Made by a program: the position numbers and the translations under genes. This document shows positions 1 to 12,582 of a DNA stretch of 64,000 bases, piece after piece. The stretch's first letter is position 1; every line of letters begins with the position of its first letter. The notes beneath the pieces are model-generated. The model made no database searches, had not been told where the DNA came from, and saw nothing but the letters and a program-made list of their open reading frames with translations. This stretch comes from Hypanus sabinus (Eukaryota): positions 50,964,001-51,028,000 of the forward strand of contig NC_082716.1 of assembly GCF_030144855.1 (NCBI RefSeq). The letters run 5' to 3'.

Positions 1-503
1 TTGAGTGTCCTGACCAGTTCAACATCTGGTACAGGAATTGCAAAGCATCTGACCACAGGTCACTATAAAGTATTGTGAGGACAACAAAGAGGTCTCTCTT
101 CTACCCATCAGATATTTATCAGGAGTAGTGCTTATGCAGGGCCCTTAGCATTGTTGGTGATCACTCCCATCTGTCCAATCTCTTTGACCATCAGGTAATA
201 GATACCATTGTATTAAGGCAAGGATGGGAAATAGCTTCTCTCCCACACCTCCAGTCCAAGAAACTACTGAACTTCTTGCCACCACCGAGGTCTCATTACA
301 TATGAAGAGCTAGTAGTATTATACTGTTTACTTTTTTACTTGTGTCAGAAATGCATCTTATTATTAATTTACATGCGGTAATATTACTTTATGTGTTGTG
401 TGTGTGAGTTATATGTACTGTGTTGTGCACCTTGGTCCAGAAGAATGATGTTTCTTTTGGTGGTATACATGTGCACAGTTGAATGACAATAAACTGATCT
501 TGA
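1..503 (+). mobile_element. Rex1/Babar-like LINE 3' fragment (decayed)
   Basis: Degenerate RT C-terminal region similar to the copies at 9.8-10.1 kb and 15.9-16.2 kb; ends with ACAATAAACTGATCTTGA-type tail. Confidence 0.5.
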
Positions 504-2049
504 ATGTACCCAATAAAGCAGCCACTGAGTGACGGCACATATAAACATACACATACAATTCTTTCTACAAGTACCAACTGACATATTGTGCAGTTCAAAT
601 ATTTTCTGTTTTTATTTCAAATTTCCAGCATCTGCATTTTATTAATTTGATATACTGTAAGTATACTGAAAACTCCCCTTGTGGAGGGTGTGTGTGAGAG
701 ACCAAGAAAGATAAAATACAACTCACCTAGATGAAGTCCAATCTCTACATTTATAGTTCAGTGGCAAGGCTTTTTAATGAAGTTATTTAATCCTTCATGC
801 AAATACCTAATGTTTCATGCTTGTACATCTGCAAATAACACCACACGGTGTTTTTCTCGTGTTAAGGTTAGCTATCAAAATTTTGGTCAAAACCAACATA
901 TCAAAATGTTTAACAATTGCTGAATTCACACTCATGAAAAAGAATGTGCAAAAGGTAACTCCATTTATTGAATTAAAACATTATGCACAGAAACTAAGTA
1001 GCACGAAAAATATCCTAATGTTTGAAAAGTAACTTCCCCCAATTAAAAATGACATCTACAATTCTACATTTTCAGAGCAACACCGTAACAAACAGTAAGG
1101 TCCTGCGTCTGATTCTTGTTATGCATTAACCCACTTATCGGTAAAGCAATGAAACTACAAATGTCTGGAACTCAAAACGAAAATCAAAGCTCTTTTCCTT
1201 GGTTGTTAACATGTTCATGAGTACAAGCACCAGACAAGATAGGTCGAGACTTGCATGTAACGCTTCACAGCAGAATTGCATGTTAATGTTTACGAGAACC
1301 ATACTCGATTTACGGTTGAAGCTCAGATATTATTTACAAATGGTTAAATACAGAATCATCACGAGTTTATCCATATAAATAAAGATATATTAGCTGTTTG
1401 CTCACCCTTATTCTCGCACACCACTGCACAAGAATACTCCAACCATAAAACAAACTTACTATTTCTAAACTCATTAATCCACAAACCTATACGGACACCG
1501 CATATGGATTTGGGTACTTGCACGCACTCAGAGTAAAGGCACCTTTATCCATTGGATTTTTACTGCGATCACAGAGCACAGCCTGTATTCGTATTCAGTG
1601 TGGGTCCGATGGCTCAAGTTTCACTGGATGGGAGAGTTTTTTTTTGGCAGTGTGGCTGCAAGCGAAAAATCGGTGCTCAGTTCCAGCAACAAGAAAAGAA
1701 ACCCTGGGTGCACGAAATTTTCTAAGTGCTCCCTCCCTCCCGTGAAAAATTGCTCCAAGATCACGTTAAACAAGGCAGCTGGATGTGATGGGTTAATGCA
1801 CCAACAAGCTTGCCACATAAACATGAGCACAAGGGAAGAAATCTCCCGGGACATCACTTATCGACAGCCACATGCACTTTCCAAAAGAAAAATCAATGTT
1901 CGCACAAATTGAAAGTGCAACCCATTCTCAAGCGGAACACAATGCGCTTCGGCATGTGTTTTTTTTAAACTTGTGATCCCCCTTCTTCAGTATCTAAAGG
2001 CGGGGAGGGTCAATGGCTTTCGCAGTTTATACCGAGTCCAGATCTAAAC

Positions 2050-2560
2050 TCCTGTGACAGTCATAGAGGTAAATCAATGCCCCGCTACTGAAAGTGACCA
2101 AGCAAACACCAACTGTGACCAGAGGCTCGGACCCGGCTCACACGAACTCAGATCCATTTCACAAGCTCAGACGGTCAACTTTAGGTCAACACCGCCGCTT
2201 CCTCCACCACCCCCACACCTCCCCGGGAGACCCGCCTCCGCCTCGCAGCCATTGGTGGATTCCCACCACCGGCGCGCTCCTATTCGTTCCTGCAGCCGCC
2301 TGTCGAGGCCACCGCGATTTACCGTTGCCCCTCGAGCCCGCTGCCTGACAATCGGTGCCCGGGGGTTGGCCACTAACGCTTCGAAAAGTCCACAACAAGT
2401 GGCGGAGCGCGGTGCGAATGGACCTGCTAAGCAAACACCTCCGGCCTCCCGGCACTTCCGATTGGTGCACCGTCATCCCTAGTCGTATTTCTATTGGCCA
2501 ACCCCACGCCAATCTACAATCGCCTTAAACATTTTAACTCTTCAGTCCGGCCTTCCGGCT
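2050..2560. promoter_or_regulatory. CpG island upstream of JUN
   Basis: High GC/CpG density against an AT-rich background; ETS site CACTTCCG 2453-2460, ATTGG 2461-2465 and 2493-2497, CCAAT 2509-2513. Confidence 0.7.
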
Positions 2561-2762
2561 GATATCATTATCATTTTAATAACAACTGGGTGAAATCTTT
2601 CGTTCTCTAAGACCCTGCGGAGGAGGGTTATGCTAATAATTCTCGGAAAAGCCGATAAGTATATTCACAACACTTCCCGCCATTCCGCTGACATACACCT
2701 TAAAGCGGGTAACCAGAGCTTCAAAATAAAGACGTCATCCCATGATCCTCTCTGCTTTCGCA

Positions 2763-2961
2763 TTACCTCAGCCCGTCGTGCACCGCGTTAAGTTAGAATC
2801 TTCTGGGGTGTTGTTATAGAAACCGAACCCGACATGCAAATTTTCAAACGCCCATATGTAATATCCAGCCAATTGGAAATCGCCGAAGTGACATCATTGC
2901 TATTTCGGGTGTATTACCAGTTGCAGATAAGCCTGGGACCCACGCTGCAAGTGCTCAGAGT
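2763..2961 (+). promoter_or_regulatory. JUN proximal promoter (jun2 TRE, CCAAT, jun1 TRE, GATAAG TATA-like box, initiator)
   Basis: TTACCTCA 2763-2770, CCAAT 2869-2873, TGACATCA 2889-2896, CTATTTCGGG 2900-2909, GATAAG 2926-2931, CTCAGAGT 2954-2961: same order as the mammalian c-jun promoter as I recall it. Confidence 0.8.
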
Positions 2962-3203
2962 CGAGTGTGAAACAAGCAGAACGAACTTGGTAGTTTGCAC
3001 ACTTTTTGATCTGGGAGCTTTCTTACTGAAAACTGTTATAACTCCAGATTTTGAAGAGAAGATCAACTGACTTCCAAAAGTACATTACTGAACCTGCGAG
3101 TTAGTAAAAAGATTGCGTGGAAGCAGATCTGAACTCTTAAAAAACTCTGCTACATTTCTATTTTGTAATACTTCGCATCCAGAGTTTTTTCCATCGGTAT
3201 TCT

Positions 3204-4160
3204 ATGTCTACGAAGATGGAACAACCATTCTACCACGACGATGCACTCAACGCAGCTTTTGCACAGCCTGAAAATTCTGGTTATGGATATAGTCCGAAAA
3301 TGCTGAAACAAAATATGACTTTAAACTTGTCAGATCCAGCCAGCAACTTGAAACCGCATCTGAGGAACAAGAATAGTGAAGGTATCTTAACTTCTCCGGA
3401 CGTGGGACTTCTCAAACTCGCATCACCTGAACTTGAACGTCTTATAATTCAGTCTAGCAACGGGTTGATCACGACCACCCCAACGCCGACCCAGTTCCTG
3501 TGTCCCAGGAATGTTACGGACGAGCAGGAGGGTTTCGCTGAAGGTTTTGTCAAAGCTCTGGAAGAACTTCATAAACAGAATATTCTGCCTAGCGTGACTT
3601 GTTCAACTCAGTCTGTGAACACGCCGATTGCAGTCTCTGCCTCTCTGGCCAGTGCAAGCACTGTTTACAATTCGAATTTACACCAGGAGCCTCCCGTGTA
3701 CGCGAATCTCAATAACTTTAATCCTAATACCATCACCACTCAACCTAACTACAATACTAATAATATGAACTATGCAACGCCTCAGCATCATGCTATGAAT
3801 CCTCAAATGCCTGTTCAGCATCCCAGACTCCAGGCCCTGAAGGAGGAACCTCAGACGGTGCCCGAAATGCCCGGGGAGACCCCACCGTTGTCTCCTATTG
3901 ACATGGAGTCTCAGGAGCGAATCAAGGCGGAGAGGAAGCGAATGAGAAACCGCATTGCCGCCTCAAAGTGCCGGAAGAGGAAACTTGAGAGAATCGCCAG
4001 ACTGGAAGATAAAGTTAAAACCTTAAAGGCACAGAACTCTGAACTGGCATCCACGGCAAACCTGCTACGGGAACAGGTTGCCCAGCTGAAACAGAAAGTT
4101 ATGAATCACGTAAACAGCGGCTGCCAACTCATGCTAACGCAGCAGCTGCAGACGTTTTGA
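3204..4160 (+). CDS. JUN: Transcription factor c-Jun (AP-1 subunit), intronless, 318 aa
   Basis: Delta/JNK-docking region [32 protein letters not shown] (S63/S73 equivalents), [17 protein letters not shown] degron, b[35 protein letters not shown]-terminus [12 protein letters not shown] typical of c-Jun rather than JunB/JunD. Confidence 0.98.
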   Translation: MSTKMEQPFYHDDALNAAFAQPENSGYGYSPKMLKQNMTLNLSDPASNLKPHLRNKNSEGILTSPDVGLLKLASPELERLIIQSSNGLITTTPTPTQFLCPRNVTDEQEGFAEGFVKALEELHKQNILPSVTCSTQSVNTPIAVSASLASASTVYNSNLHQEPPVYANLNNFNPNTITTQPNYNTNNMNYATPQHHAMNPQMPVQHPRLQALKEEPQTVPEMPGETPPLSPIDMESQERIKAERKRMRNRIAASKCRKRKLERIARLEDKVKTLKAQNSELASTANLLREQVAQLKQKVMNHVNSGCQLMLTQQLQTF

Positions 4161-4795
4161 TTCGAGAGCGCAAAGGGAGAAACTGTTGGTGAATAAATGC
4201 GAAGAGGACTGCATTAAGTAAATCAAGCCAGAAGTAGTCCTGATTGCGCCCGAGCGCACATGCACGGAGGAAAACGTGGAGGACTCTGCTTGATGTAAAA
4301 AAGAACTCAGAATGACTGAAAAGCCGTTTGCAGAAGAAAAACATAAATATCGAGTCATTGATTTACTTTGACCAAGTCTTGCATGGACCGAAGCAGTTCA
4401 GATCATCCAGTATTACCGAATTTAAAAGTGCGATAGCATAGGTCGCTTCTGATGTAGTATAAAGTGGGGAAGGGCGTGGGAGGGAGTTAAGGGAGGTTAT
4501 AAGCTTTGAGGCCGTCATGCCTTGAAAAATGTATAGACTATGTTTTGTTTTATGAAAAAAATCATTTTCTGTCAACAAAACATAACCGCTTCAAGCGATA
4601 GCCTTTGTAAGTTATTTTTTATGTTGCTTATTGGGATAGACCCCCAATATATTCGTGTAAATAAGAGATTTGGAGGACTGTAAGTTTACCATTTGTAATA
4701 AAGTATATAATTTTTTATGTTCGTTTCTGAGAACTTCTGGAAAAAGTTCAATTATATTTAAAACGTATGAATAAAGTATTTGAAAAGACATTCAT
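4161..4795 (+). other. JUN 3'UTR with tandem polyadenylation signals
   Basis: AATAAA at 4697-4702 and 4770-4775, followed by a GT/T-rich tract; block GTAAATAAGAGATTTGGAG...GTTTACCATTTGTAATAAAGTATATAATTTTTTATG closely matches the mammalian JUN 3'UTR as recalled. Confidence 0.8.
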
Positions 4796-6432
4796 TTTGT
4801 GCTCTAAACTTTGTATTTCGTGTTTGCGGTTGTACTGCAATGACCACAATCTGAATATTGAATATACTTAACATTGGAGGGGAAAAGAATTAGATGTGGC
4901 AAAAAAAAGGGCATACGTTATTTTTAAGCTAAAGTCAATGCTCGACCATTGACTTAAAATAAATTTATTTCCTATTGTTGTAACTAATAACTTACGACCT
5001 ATAAACTTATGTGGTATTCACAGGTCGTATCAGAGAGGCACTGCAATCTGTATAACACAGTCGCGTTTGAATTTCTATAGCAAATAGTATTTGGGGTGGA
5101 ACAGCTATAAATTTGATACAAAATTAAATAATATTGATAGTTAACTATGCTGGAGTTTATTTGCAAAATAAGCAAGAAGCTGCTATTTGTTGCCGTTTTT
5201 AACAATAGCTGAAATGGGTCAAATTATTTCGGTATTTAAAATTGTAATTCAGAGAGGAAGGTGTGGTTACGAAGTATGAATAAAGTCATAATCTTATAAC
5301 TCGGAATAGTTACACTAAACTGCAGTGATAATTCTCAGTGAAGGCTGAACTGTCTGCTGTAACAACTATGCTGGGGCACTGGAAAGTACAATGTAAAGGG
5401 CTGTAACATTTTCATTGAAGTAATTATCAAATAAACTTTTAGTAACTAAAGGATCTGAAAAAATGTTGAGTATCATCAATCGCAACCATTTGAGAAACAA
5501 ATATTCTATTTGTGAATTAAATTTCAGTTGATTGGGATTGTTGACCCTATATAAACAAATAGGAAAAATGAGCAATTTAAAATGCTAGGTTTCATTTAAA
5601 AACTGCTTCAAATAAGGTTTACTAAATCTGACAGGTGCTTCTTTATGGTCTATTCTGTACCCCCATTATGGATTGAGAATATCTGTTTTATTCAAATAAT
5701 ATTATGATTAATTGAAATCGTCAACCTACCGGAATCAAGATAAAATAATGCCTTCAAAAGATCAAACGACACAATATTATTTAGACATAAATTAATTATT
5801 TTAATTCCATGCTAATTTGTAGCTGGAGCAGTAGTTACTTCGCGTTTCTAACTAAGAAGTATTTACATAGTTTAGCTAATGTTCGGTATGCTCATATGGT
5901 ATTTTCTAAACTTTCATTAACTGTACATAAAAAAAGTGTAAGTGTTTATTTCCAAGGGCGCGTCCATTTGGAGTTTAATGCTCTTTGAAGCTAACATTTT
6001 AAACATAGATCACCTATTAAATTCAATTGCTAGCCGCAATTAATCACAGAGGCTCTACAAAGAAACAAAACATATCCAACCTGTAAATCTCTGATTACCT
6101 CTGTAATTTAAAATGAGCCAATCCGTACTCTGGGATGCGCACTGAAACTTGTTGCAGTTTGAGTCCTCTCTAATCGTGAGATTTTCTCTCCAAAAGTTAC
6201 ACGGTACTCCAGCACCATTCAATATTGATTACTTTAAACTGTAGTACAAACAGTGATAACGCCGGAAATATTGATCTACAATACATTCAGGTTTCTGTTA
6301 AGTGCAATGTAAATATAAAAGGCCCGGGAAGCACGTTAGTTTAAGATGGGAGTTACTCCCATGTAAGGAATTTGCGCGTTTTTAATTCGCTTTCTCCAAG
6401 CCACTGGAAGGCTTTGCGTGCTGAAGACGTGC

Positions 6433-6540
6433 TGACGTAAAGCGGCTGCCAGACCACCCGGTCAGGAACGTGGGAAGTTTGTTTCCAAATATGGAAAACG
6501 TGGTGATCTCAGCGTCTGAACTTGCGGAAGAGTGATGTCA
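6433..6540. promoter_or_regulatory. Candidate JUN 3' enhancer (CRE-ETS-CArG-ETS-CRE/AP-1 cluster)
   Basis: TGACGTAA 6433-6440, CAGGAA ~6463, perfect CArG CCAAATATGG 6485-6494, CGGAAG ~6525, TGATGTCA 6533-6540, in a locally CpG-retaining patch. Confidence 0.55.
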
Positions 6541-8444
6541 CATTCGGGGTCGCCAGGTAGGTGGGGTTTTATGGGATGATCAAAAGTCCCGCGCAGTGTG
6601 TGACTGACAGTTCGAAGTAACCTGGCTGCGAAAGACAACTTAAAATAACACACCTGCATAACACCTCAAGGAGCTGGCAAGAAGCTTCAGTTCAAGCAAG
6701 CGGCATATCAGAGCCCGACTTTCCATTTGAACCCTCGTAACACAGCCAAAGTGACGCTTTTGTCATTTTAATGCCCACAAATTATTGTACCAGTAAACTA
6801 GTTTTTCTATATTTTCCCTCGCCTGTTCGACTACTTTAGCATTCCAACAAGCATTGAAACGTTACCAGAAACAAATCCTAAACAGTGTTGTTTTGTTCTG
6901 CTCGGTGTCATTGGAAACGCCCTTCTATTGTTATCTAGTTTTCAGCATTGATGAAGTGCACAGCAGAAAACATCCCGATAATAGTGTTGAAACACATACG
7001 TTTCGTCCGAGATGTAGATACGATAAAAATATGCGTGAAATTAAAAATTAAAATTCAAGTTATTCCATATGAAAAATGCACGTTGTGATTACACTGCAAC
7101 AAGTTGTACAGTAACCTAAGCCAATTTTAAATACAAGTAAATCGTTGAACATTTAGAAAACAGACGAGACCCATTTGAACTATCTACTCAGCTATCACCT
7201 TTTGTGCCTTCCAGGCTTCAGCTAGACCCAGCCATTAGTTTCTCAAAACACACTTGAATACGTTTATGTCAATGTAATGTGGGTTTCTGCTTATAATCCT
7301 TTAAGGAAATGAGATCCAGCCCCCCATTACACTTTGGATGATTTCTTTCTCCTTGAGTCTCCTTTGACCATTCTATGTCTTCACTTTAAATCTTTAATCT
7401 TGATGTTTAAATTCATTACAAAATGAAATAGGTCATTCCTATTTGCTTTATCATTAACACCTTCCCTTAGCAACTTTTTATATAGTTAACTACATTTCAC
7501 CTTTAGAAAACAAAACACCTCAGTTTATCCACTCTTCCCTCATTCCTTCTACCTTCCAATCCTGAAAAATATCCTTGCAAGTTTCCTTTGTATCACTTCC
7601 AATCCAATAACATGTCCTGCATTGCTGTGATCCAAAACTGTACTCAGGTTGTGGCCTTCAAAGTATCATACAGTTCCAGTGTAATCTGCTTGTTCTCATA
7701 TTCTGCCCTTGGTTCATAAAGGAAGTTATTTTCTGCCTGATCATGGAAAGATTAGGGACCTGTGAACATACACTCCTAGATCCTTTAGTTTCTCCACACT
7801 ACTTACTATACTTACACATATTCCCTTGTATTGTTGACCTGGAAAATGCATTACCTCACGCTGAGCCACACTGAATTGGATTTACCATTTTTTTTCCAGC
7901 TGACAGGGCAGATCACCTACATTAGCCTTTGTCCACATGGCCAATTCTTGTGTCATTTGTAATCCTCTATTATACCCCATACTCTTAAGACTAATGTGCC
8001 ACATTAGGGAAAGGTAGTGAGCCCTGTGAAGTCACACCATTTAGAATCTTCCAGTAGAAGACACCAGTCATCAACTACCTATAGAAAAAGAAAGAGGTAA
8101 TGTTTCTTGAGAAACTGGGAAAGGGAGAAGCTACAGGGTGGAAGTGGGAGTAACAGAAAGGAGAAAGGGTACATCATGGACTTGCTAAGACCAAAGGCGT
8201 TAATGGTTCTGTGAATAAAGATTTTGCACAACGGGATGGTGAGCCTATAGGGTTTGATAAGAACTAGAGTGATGATACATGGTATCTAGTGAAAATAGTT
8301 TTGTTTATATCCATGCAAAATGGACACTCATCTCTATTCTATTCCCCATGCCACCACCAAAATACTTGTACACCATTTTATATATTCTCACACCAGTCAT
8401 ATTCTCATATAGGATATCTGTGACATGTAAAACATGTCACATAT

Positions 8445-8519
8445 ATAGTACTGTTCAAAAGTCTTTGTTAAATATATATATATAGCTAGGGTGCCTAAGT
8501 TTTTTGCAGAGTACTGTAT
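8445..8519. mobile_element. Short Tc1/mariner-type MITE remnant
   Basis: Imperfect inverted termini AGTACTGTTCAAAAGTCTT ... AAGTTTTTTGCAGAGTACTG flanked by TA. Confidence 0.5.
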
Positions 8520-8959
8520 ATAAAATAGATAATGCATTAAGTAAGTCTCCCAGGAAATTTCGGGATACAACACTTCAAAGGCACAGAATGCAATGTTCAT
8601 CAGAAGTTTCAATAAAGGATCAACCCATTCCTTGTTAGGATGTATGTACCTGAAAGTACTACTGAAAAAATAGAGATATTTAAGAAAATATTTCAGTCAG
8701 AGTATTTAACAATATAGTTCAGTTGAGGTAAAGGCACGAGTATTAAATAGTTTGTGTGGAATTGTTAAATAAGGTTGCATCTGAATAGGAGATATAAGCT
8801 ATTTTAGAGTTCTATTCAGCAGCTGTTTCTTTTTTAGAACCACAACAATAAGTAATTAAGCTTTTATGGAAGATGTATTTCATTTCTTAATTGTGTGACA
8901 TGTATCTAGATGTTACATTGTCTTTATAGAAGCAAAGGCCTTGGATTAACTTTTAAAGG

Positions 8960-10371
8960 GCAACAATTATCCAAGTACCCAAGGAGAGCAGCATGAGCTG
9001 CCTCAACAACTATCATCCAGTAGTACTCATATCTACAGTAATGAAATGCTTTGAGAGGTTGGTCATGACCAGGATCAACAGCTGTCTCTGGAAGGACCTG
9101 AACCCACTGCATTTGCTTATCGCCACAATAGGTCTACAGCAGATGCGATCCCATTGGCTCTCCATGCAGCCTTGGATCACCTGGGCAATGCAAATATCTA
9201 TGTCAGGATGCTGTTTATTGACTATAGCTCAGTGTTTATCACCATCATTCCTACAGTCCTGACCAAAAAGCTACAGAACCTCTGTACCTCACTCTGCAAT
9301 TGGATCCTCGACTTCCTAACCGGAAGACCAAAATCTGTGCGGATTGGAAGTAACATCTCCACCTCGCTGACAATCAACACTGGCACACCACTGCTCTACC
9401 CTCTTTACACACAACTGTGTGGCCAGGCAGAGCTCAAATTCCACCTGTTAATTTGCTGATGATACAACCATTGTTGGCAGAATTTCAGGTGGTGATGAAA
9501 GGCCGCACAGAAGCGCGATATACCAGATAGTTGAGTGGTGTCATAGCAACAACCTTGCAGTTGATGTCAGTAAGACGTAAGAGCTGATTGTGGACTTCAG
9601 AAAGGGTAAGATGAGGGAACACAAACCAATCCTCACAGAGGGATCAGAAGTCCAGAGAGAGAGCAATTTCCTGGGTGTCAATATCTGTAAGGACATAATC
9701 TGGATGCAATATATCGATGCAGCTATAAAGAAGGCAAGACAGCAGCTATATCTCATTAGGAGTCTGAGTCAGGTTTAGTTTGTCAACTGAAACATTCAAA
9801 AACTTTGAGAAATTTACCGAGGAAAGCATTCTGACAGTCTGCATCATTGTCTGTTACAGGGGTGGGGGGGGGGGTGGGGGAGAGGGGGAAGCAACTGTAC
9901 AAGACCAAAGTAAGTTGCAGAAACTTGTAAAATTAGTTTGCTCCATCATGGGTATTAGCCTCCATAGTATCCAAGACATCTTCAAGGAGTGGTGCCTTAG
10001 GAAGATGGCATCCATCATTAAGGAATTAAGGATCTCCACCACCCAGGACATGCCCTCTTCACACTGTTACCATCAGAAAGGAGGTACAGAAATCTGAAGA
10101 CACCCAATCAGTGATTCAGGAACAGCTTCTCTCCCTCAGGCATCTGATTTCTAAATAGACATTGAACCCATGAACACTAAACTACATTTTTATTTCTGCT
10201 TTTTTTTTGCACTAGTTATTTTAACATAACTATTTAATAGACATATATATACTTAATGTTCTTCAGTTTTTTTCTCTATATTTATTTATCATATATTTCG
10301 TTGTACTGCTGCTATAAAGTTAGCACACTTCACGACATATGCCAGTGATACTAAATCTGATTCTGATTCTG
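8960..10371 (+). mobile_element. Rex1/Babar-like LINE, 5'-truncated, frameshifted RT
   Basis: [52 protein letters not shown]-like motif, KKARQQLY; (TCTGAT)n tail at ~10356-10371. Confidence 0.85.
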
Positions 10372-10873
10372 AACTTCTCTCTCAGGACATCACAAAGATT
10401 TTACAGTTAATTATGTATTTTTGAAATTTACTCACTGTTCTCAGGTAGTAAACACATTTACATTGATCCCTGCTGCTTTTGTATTCTTCTTGGGATTTGG
10501 TTGTTACTTGTAAATACACTTTAAGGACTCTGTCTTGTTATTTCATGTTCTCGCTCTTTATATTTGCACAGTTTGCATTTGCACAGTTTGTTGTCTTCTG
10601 CACTCTACTTGATCTTTCATTGATTCAATTACAGTTATTATTCTATAGATTTGCTGAATATGTCCTCAGGAAAATGAATCTCAGGGTTGTATGTGGTGAC
10701 ATATCTATGCTCTGATAATAAATTCTCAAGTAGTCTTATTGTGTAATTTCATCTTAAATTGGCTACACAGAGTTTTTCAAAAACATTTAGCTATGAATAT
10801 GCTCTGTGAACCTTTCCTATGTTTTAGGAAGTTCGGCCAGTAGTGAATCAGAATCAGAATTTGGTTCTGTTAT

Positions 10874-11560
10874 CACAAACAAGAGAAAATCTGCAGATGC
10901 TGGAAATCTGAGCAACACACATAAAATGCTAGAGAAACCCAGCAGACCAGGCAGCATCTACGTAAAAAAGTATAGTCAACGTTTCAGGCCGAAACCCTTC
11001 GGCAGGATTGGAAAAAAAAGCTGAGGAGTAGATTAGAAATGTTGGGGGAGGGGAGAGAGAGAAACACCAGGCAATACATGAAACTTGGAGGGGGCGGGAT
11101 GAAGCAAAGAGCTAGGAATTTGATTGGTGAAAGAGACAGAAGGACATGGAAGAAAGAAGAAGGGGAAGTGGGGCAGGGGGGAGGAGCACCAGAGGGAGGC
11201 AATGGGCAGGCAAGGAGATAACATGAGAGAGGGACGGGGGATAGGAAATGGTGAAGGGGTAGGGAGGCACTACTGGAAGTCTGAGAAATTAATGTTTATG
11301 CCATCAGGTTGGAGGCTACCCAAACGAAATATAACGTGTTGTTCTTCCAACTTAGGTGTGATCTTGTCCTGACAGTGGAGGAGGCCCTGGGTAGACATAT
11401 CAGAATGGGAATGGGAAGTGGAATTGAAATGGGTGGTCACTGGGAGATCCCGCTTGTTCTGGCAGATGGAATGTAGATGCCTGGTGATTCCACAAACTTC
11501 CAGTAATACCTCCACCTCATCCCACTTCACCATTTCCCATCCCCTTGTCCCCTTTCATAT
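10874..11560 (-). mobile_element. Penelope-like element fragment (GIY-YIG end plus pseudo-LTR) with a short inverted piece
   Basis: Minus ORF 11270-11533 ...DLPVTTHFNSTSHSHSDMS...LEEQHVIFRLGSLQPDGINI is a PLE GIY-YIG C-terminus; CTGCAGATGCTGG terminus; hammerhead-like motif 10973-11011. Confidence 0.8.
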
Positions 11561-12269
11561 TATCACACTGAGTGTGTGTCATCAGGCTCCTGTGCTCTTT
11601 TGCATGTTTATTTCATGAAGCAGACATTTATTATGTATTCTGTTTCTCTAAAGTTGGCTGGAATCACTCTTGTTTTATAGTCTGGAGTCTAGCTGCACAA
11701 GCTGTGTATTCAAAACAATATGGGAAGGGAGGGGAAGTCCCACACCTATGGGCTTCAGTCTCCAGATCCATACTGGCACATTAGTGTCAACACAAACTCA
11801 AGAGTTGTTTGGAAGGATGCCAAGTGACAGTTTAACTGCACATCAACAATGCTATTCTGTATGGATTAGCTCCAAAAATAGATTAATGCACACAGGCTGT
11901 CTAGGCTTCATACTGCCATCAGCATTTTTGAGCAATATTTACATTCAATCTCCATATCTCATTGCCCTCCTAACAATTTCCCATTCTACCCTTTGATGCC
12001 ATTCACAGCTGCTCTTTAGTGCCCTATCTGTTTCTGAGGGGGGGAAAAAAAACCCTGAGGGCCAATGTAAACTCAATATGCTAAACAGCCTTGTTCTAAG
12101 AGCAAATGTGAGCAATTCTTCTCTAGGTTAGGTTTAACTTTCAGGATTTTTTTTACTAGATCAGGATTTCAAGCCTGAAACACAAACACTATTCTATTCC
12201 ATCCCCTATGGAAAATGGGAAGGGAAAGGAGAGGAGAATGTCAACAAGGAACCAAAGATGTATACACAA

Positions 12270-12582
12270 AGATAAGTAGATAAAAAATGTGTAGGCACAG
12301 CCTCAGAATTTAAGGATGTCCCTTTAGAACAGAGATGAGGAGGAATTTTTTCAAGAGAGGGAGATGTATCTGTGGAATTCAATGCCAGACAAGTGTGGAG
12401 GCCAAGCCATTGGGCACATTTAAAGTGAACATTGATAGGTTCTTGATTAGAGGGGGTATTGAAGGTTATGGAGTGAAGGCAGGAGAATGGGTTTGAGAGG
12501 GATAATAAATCAGTCAAGATGGAATGGAGGAGCAGATTTAATGGGCTGAATGGTCTAATTCTTTTCCTGTGTCTTATGGTCA
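12270..12582 (+). mobile_element. CR1 LINE 3' end
   Basis: GAGATGAGGAGGAATTTTTT...CTGTGGAATTC...GATAGGTTCTTGATT...GGGCTGAATGGTCTAATTCT...TCTTATGGTC; the same 3' end occurs at 22.4-22.7 kb and 56.2-56.7 kb. Confidence 0.75.

Noticed and set aside
2054-2512. Overlapping Pro/Arg/Gly-rich ORFs on both strands
   Set aside because: Expected stop-poor frames of a CpG island; no domain or splice support.
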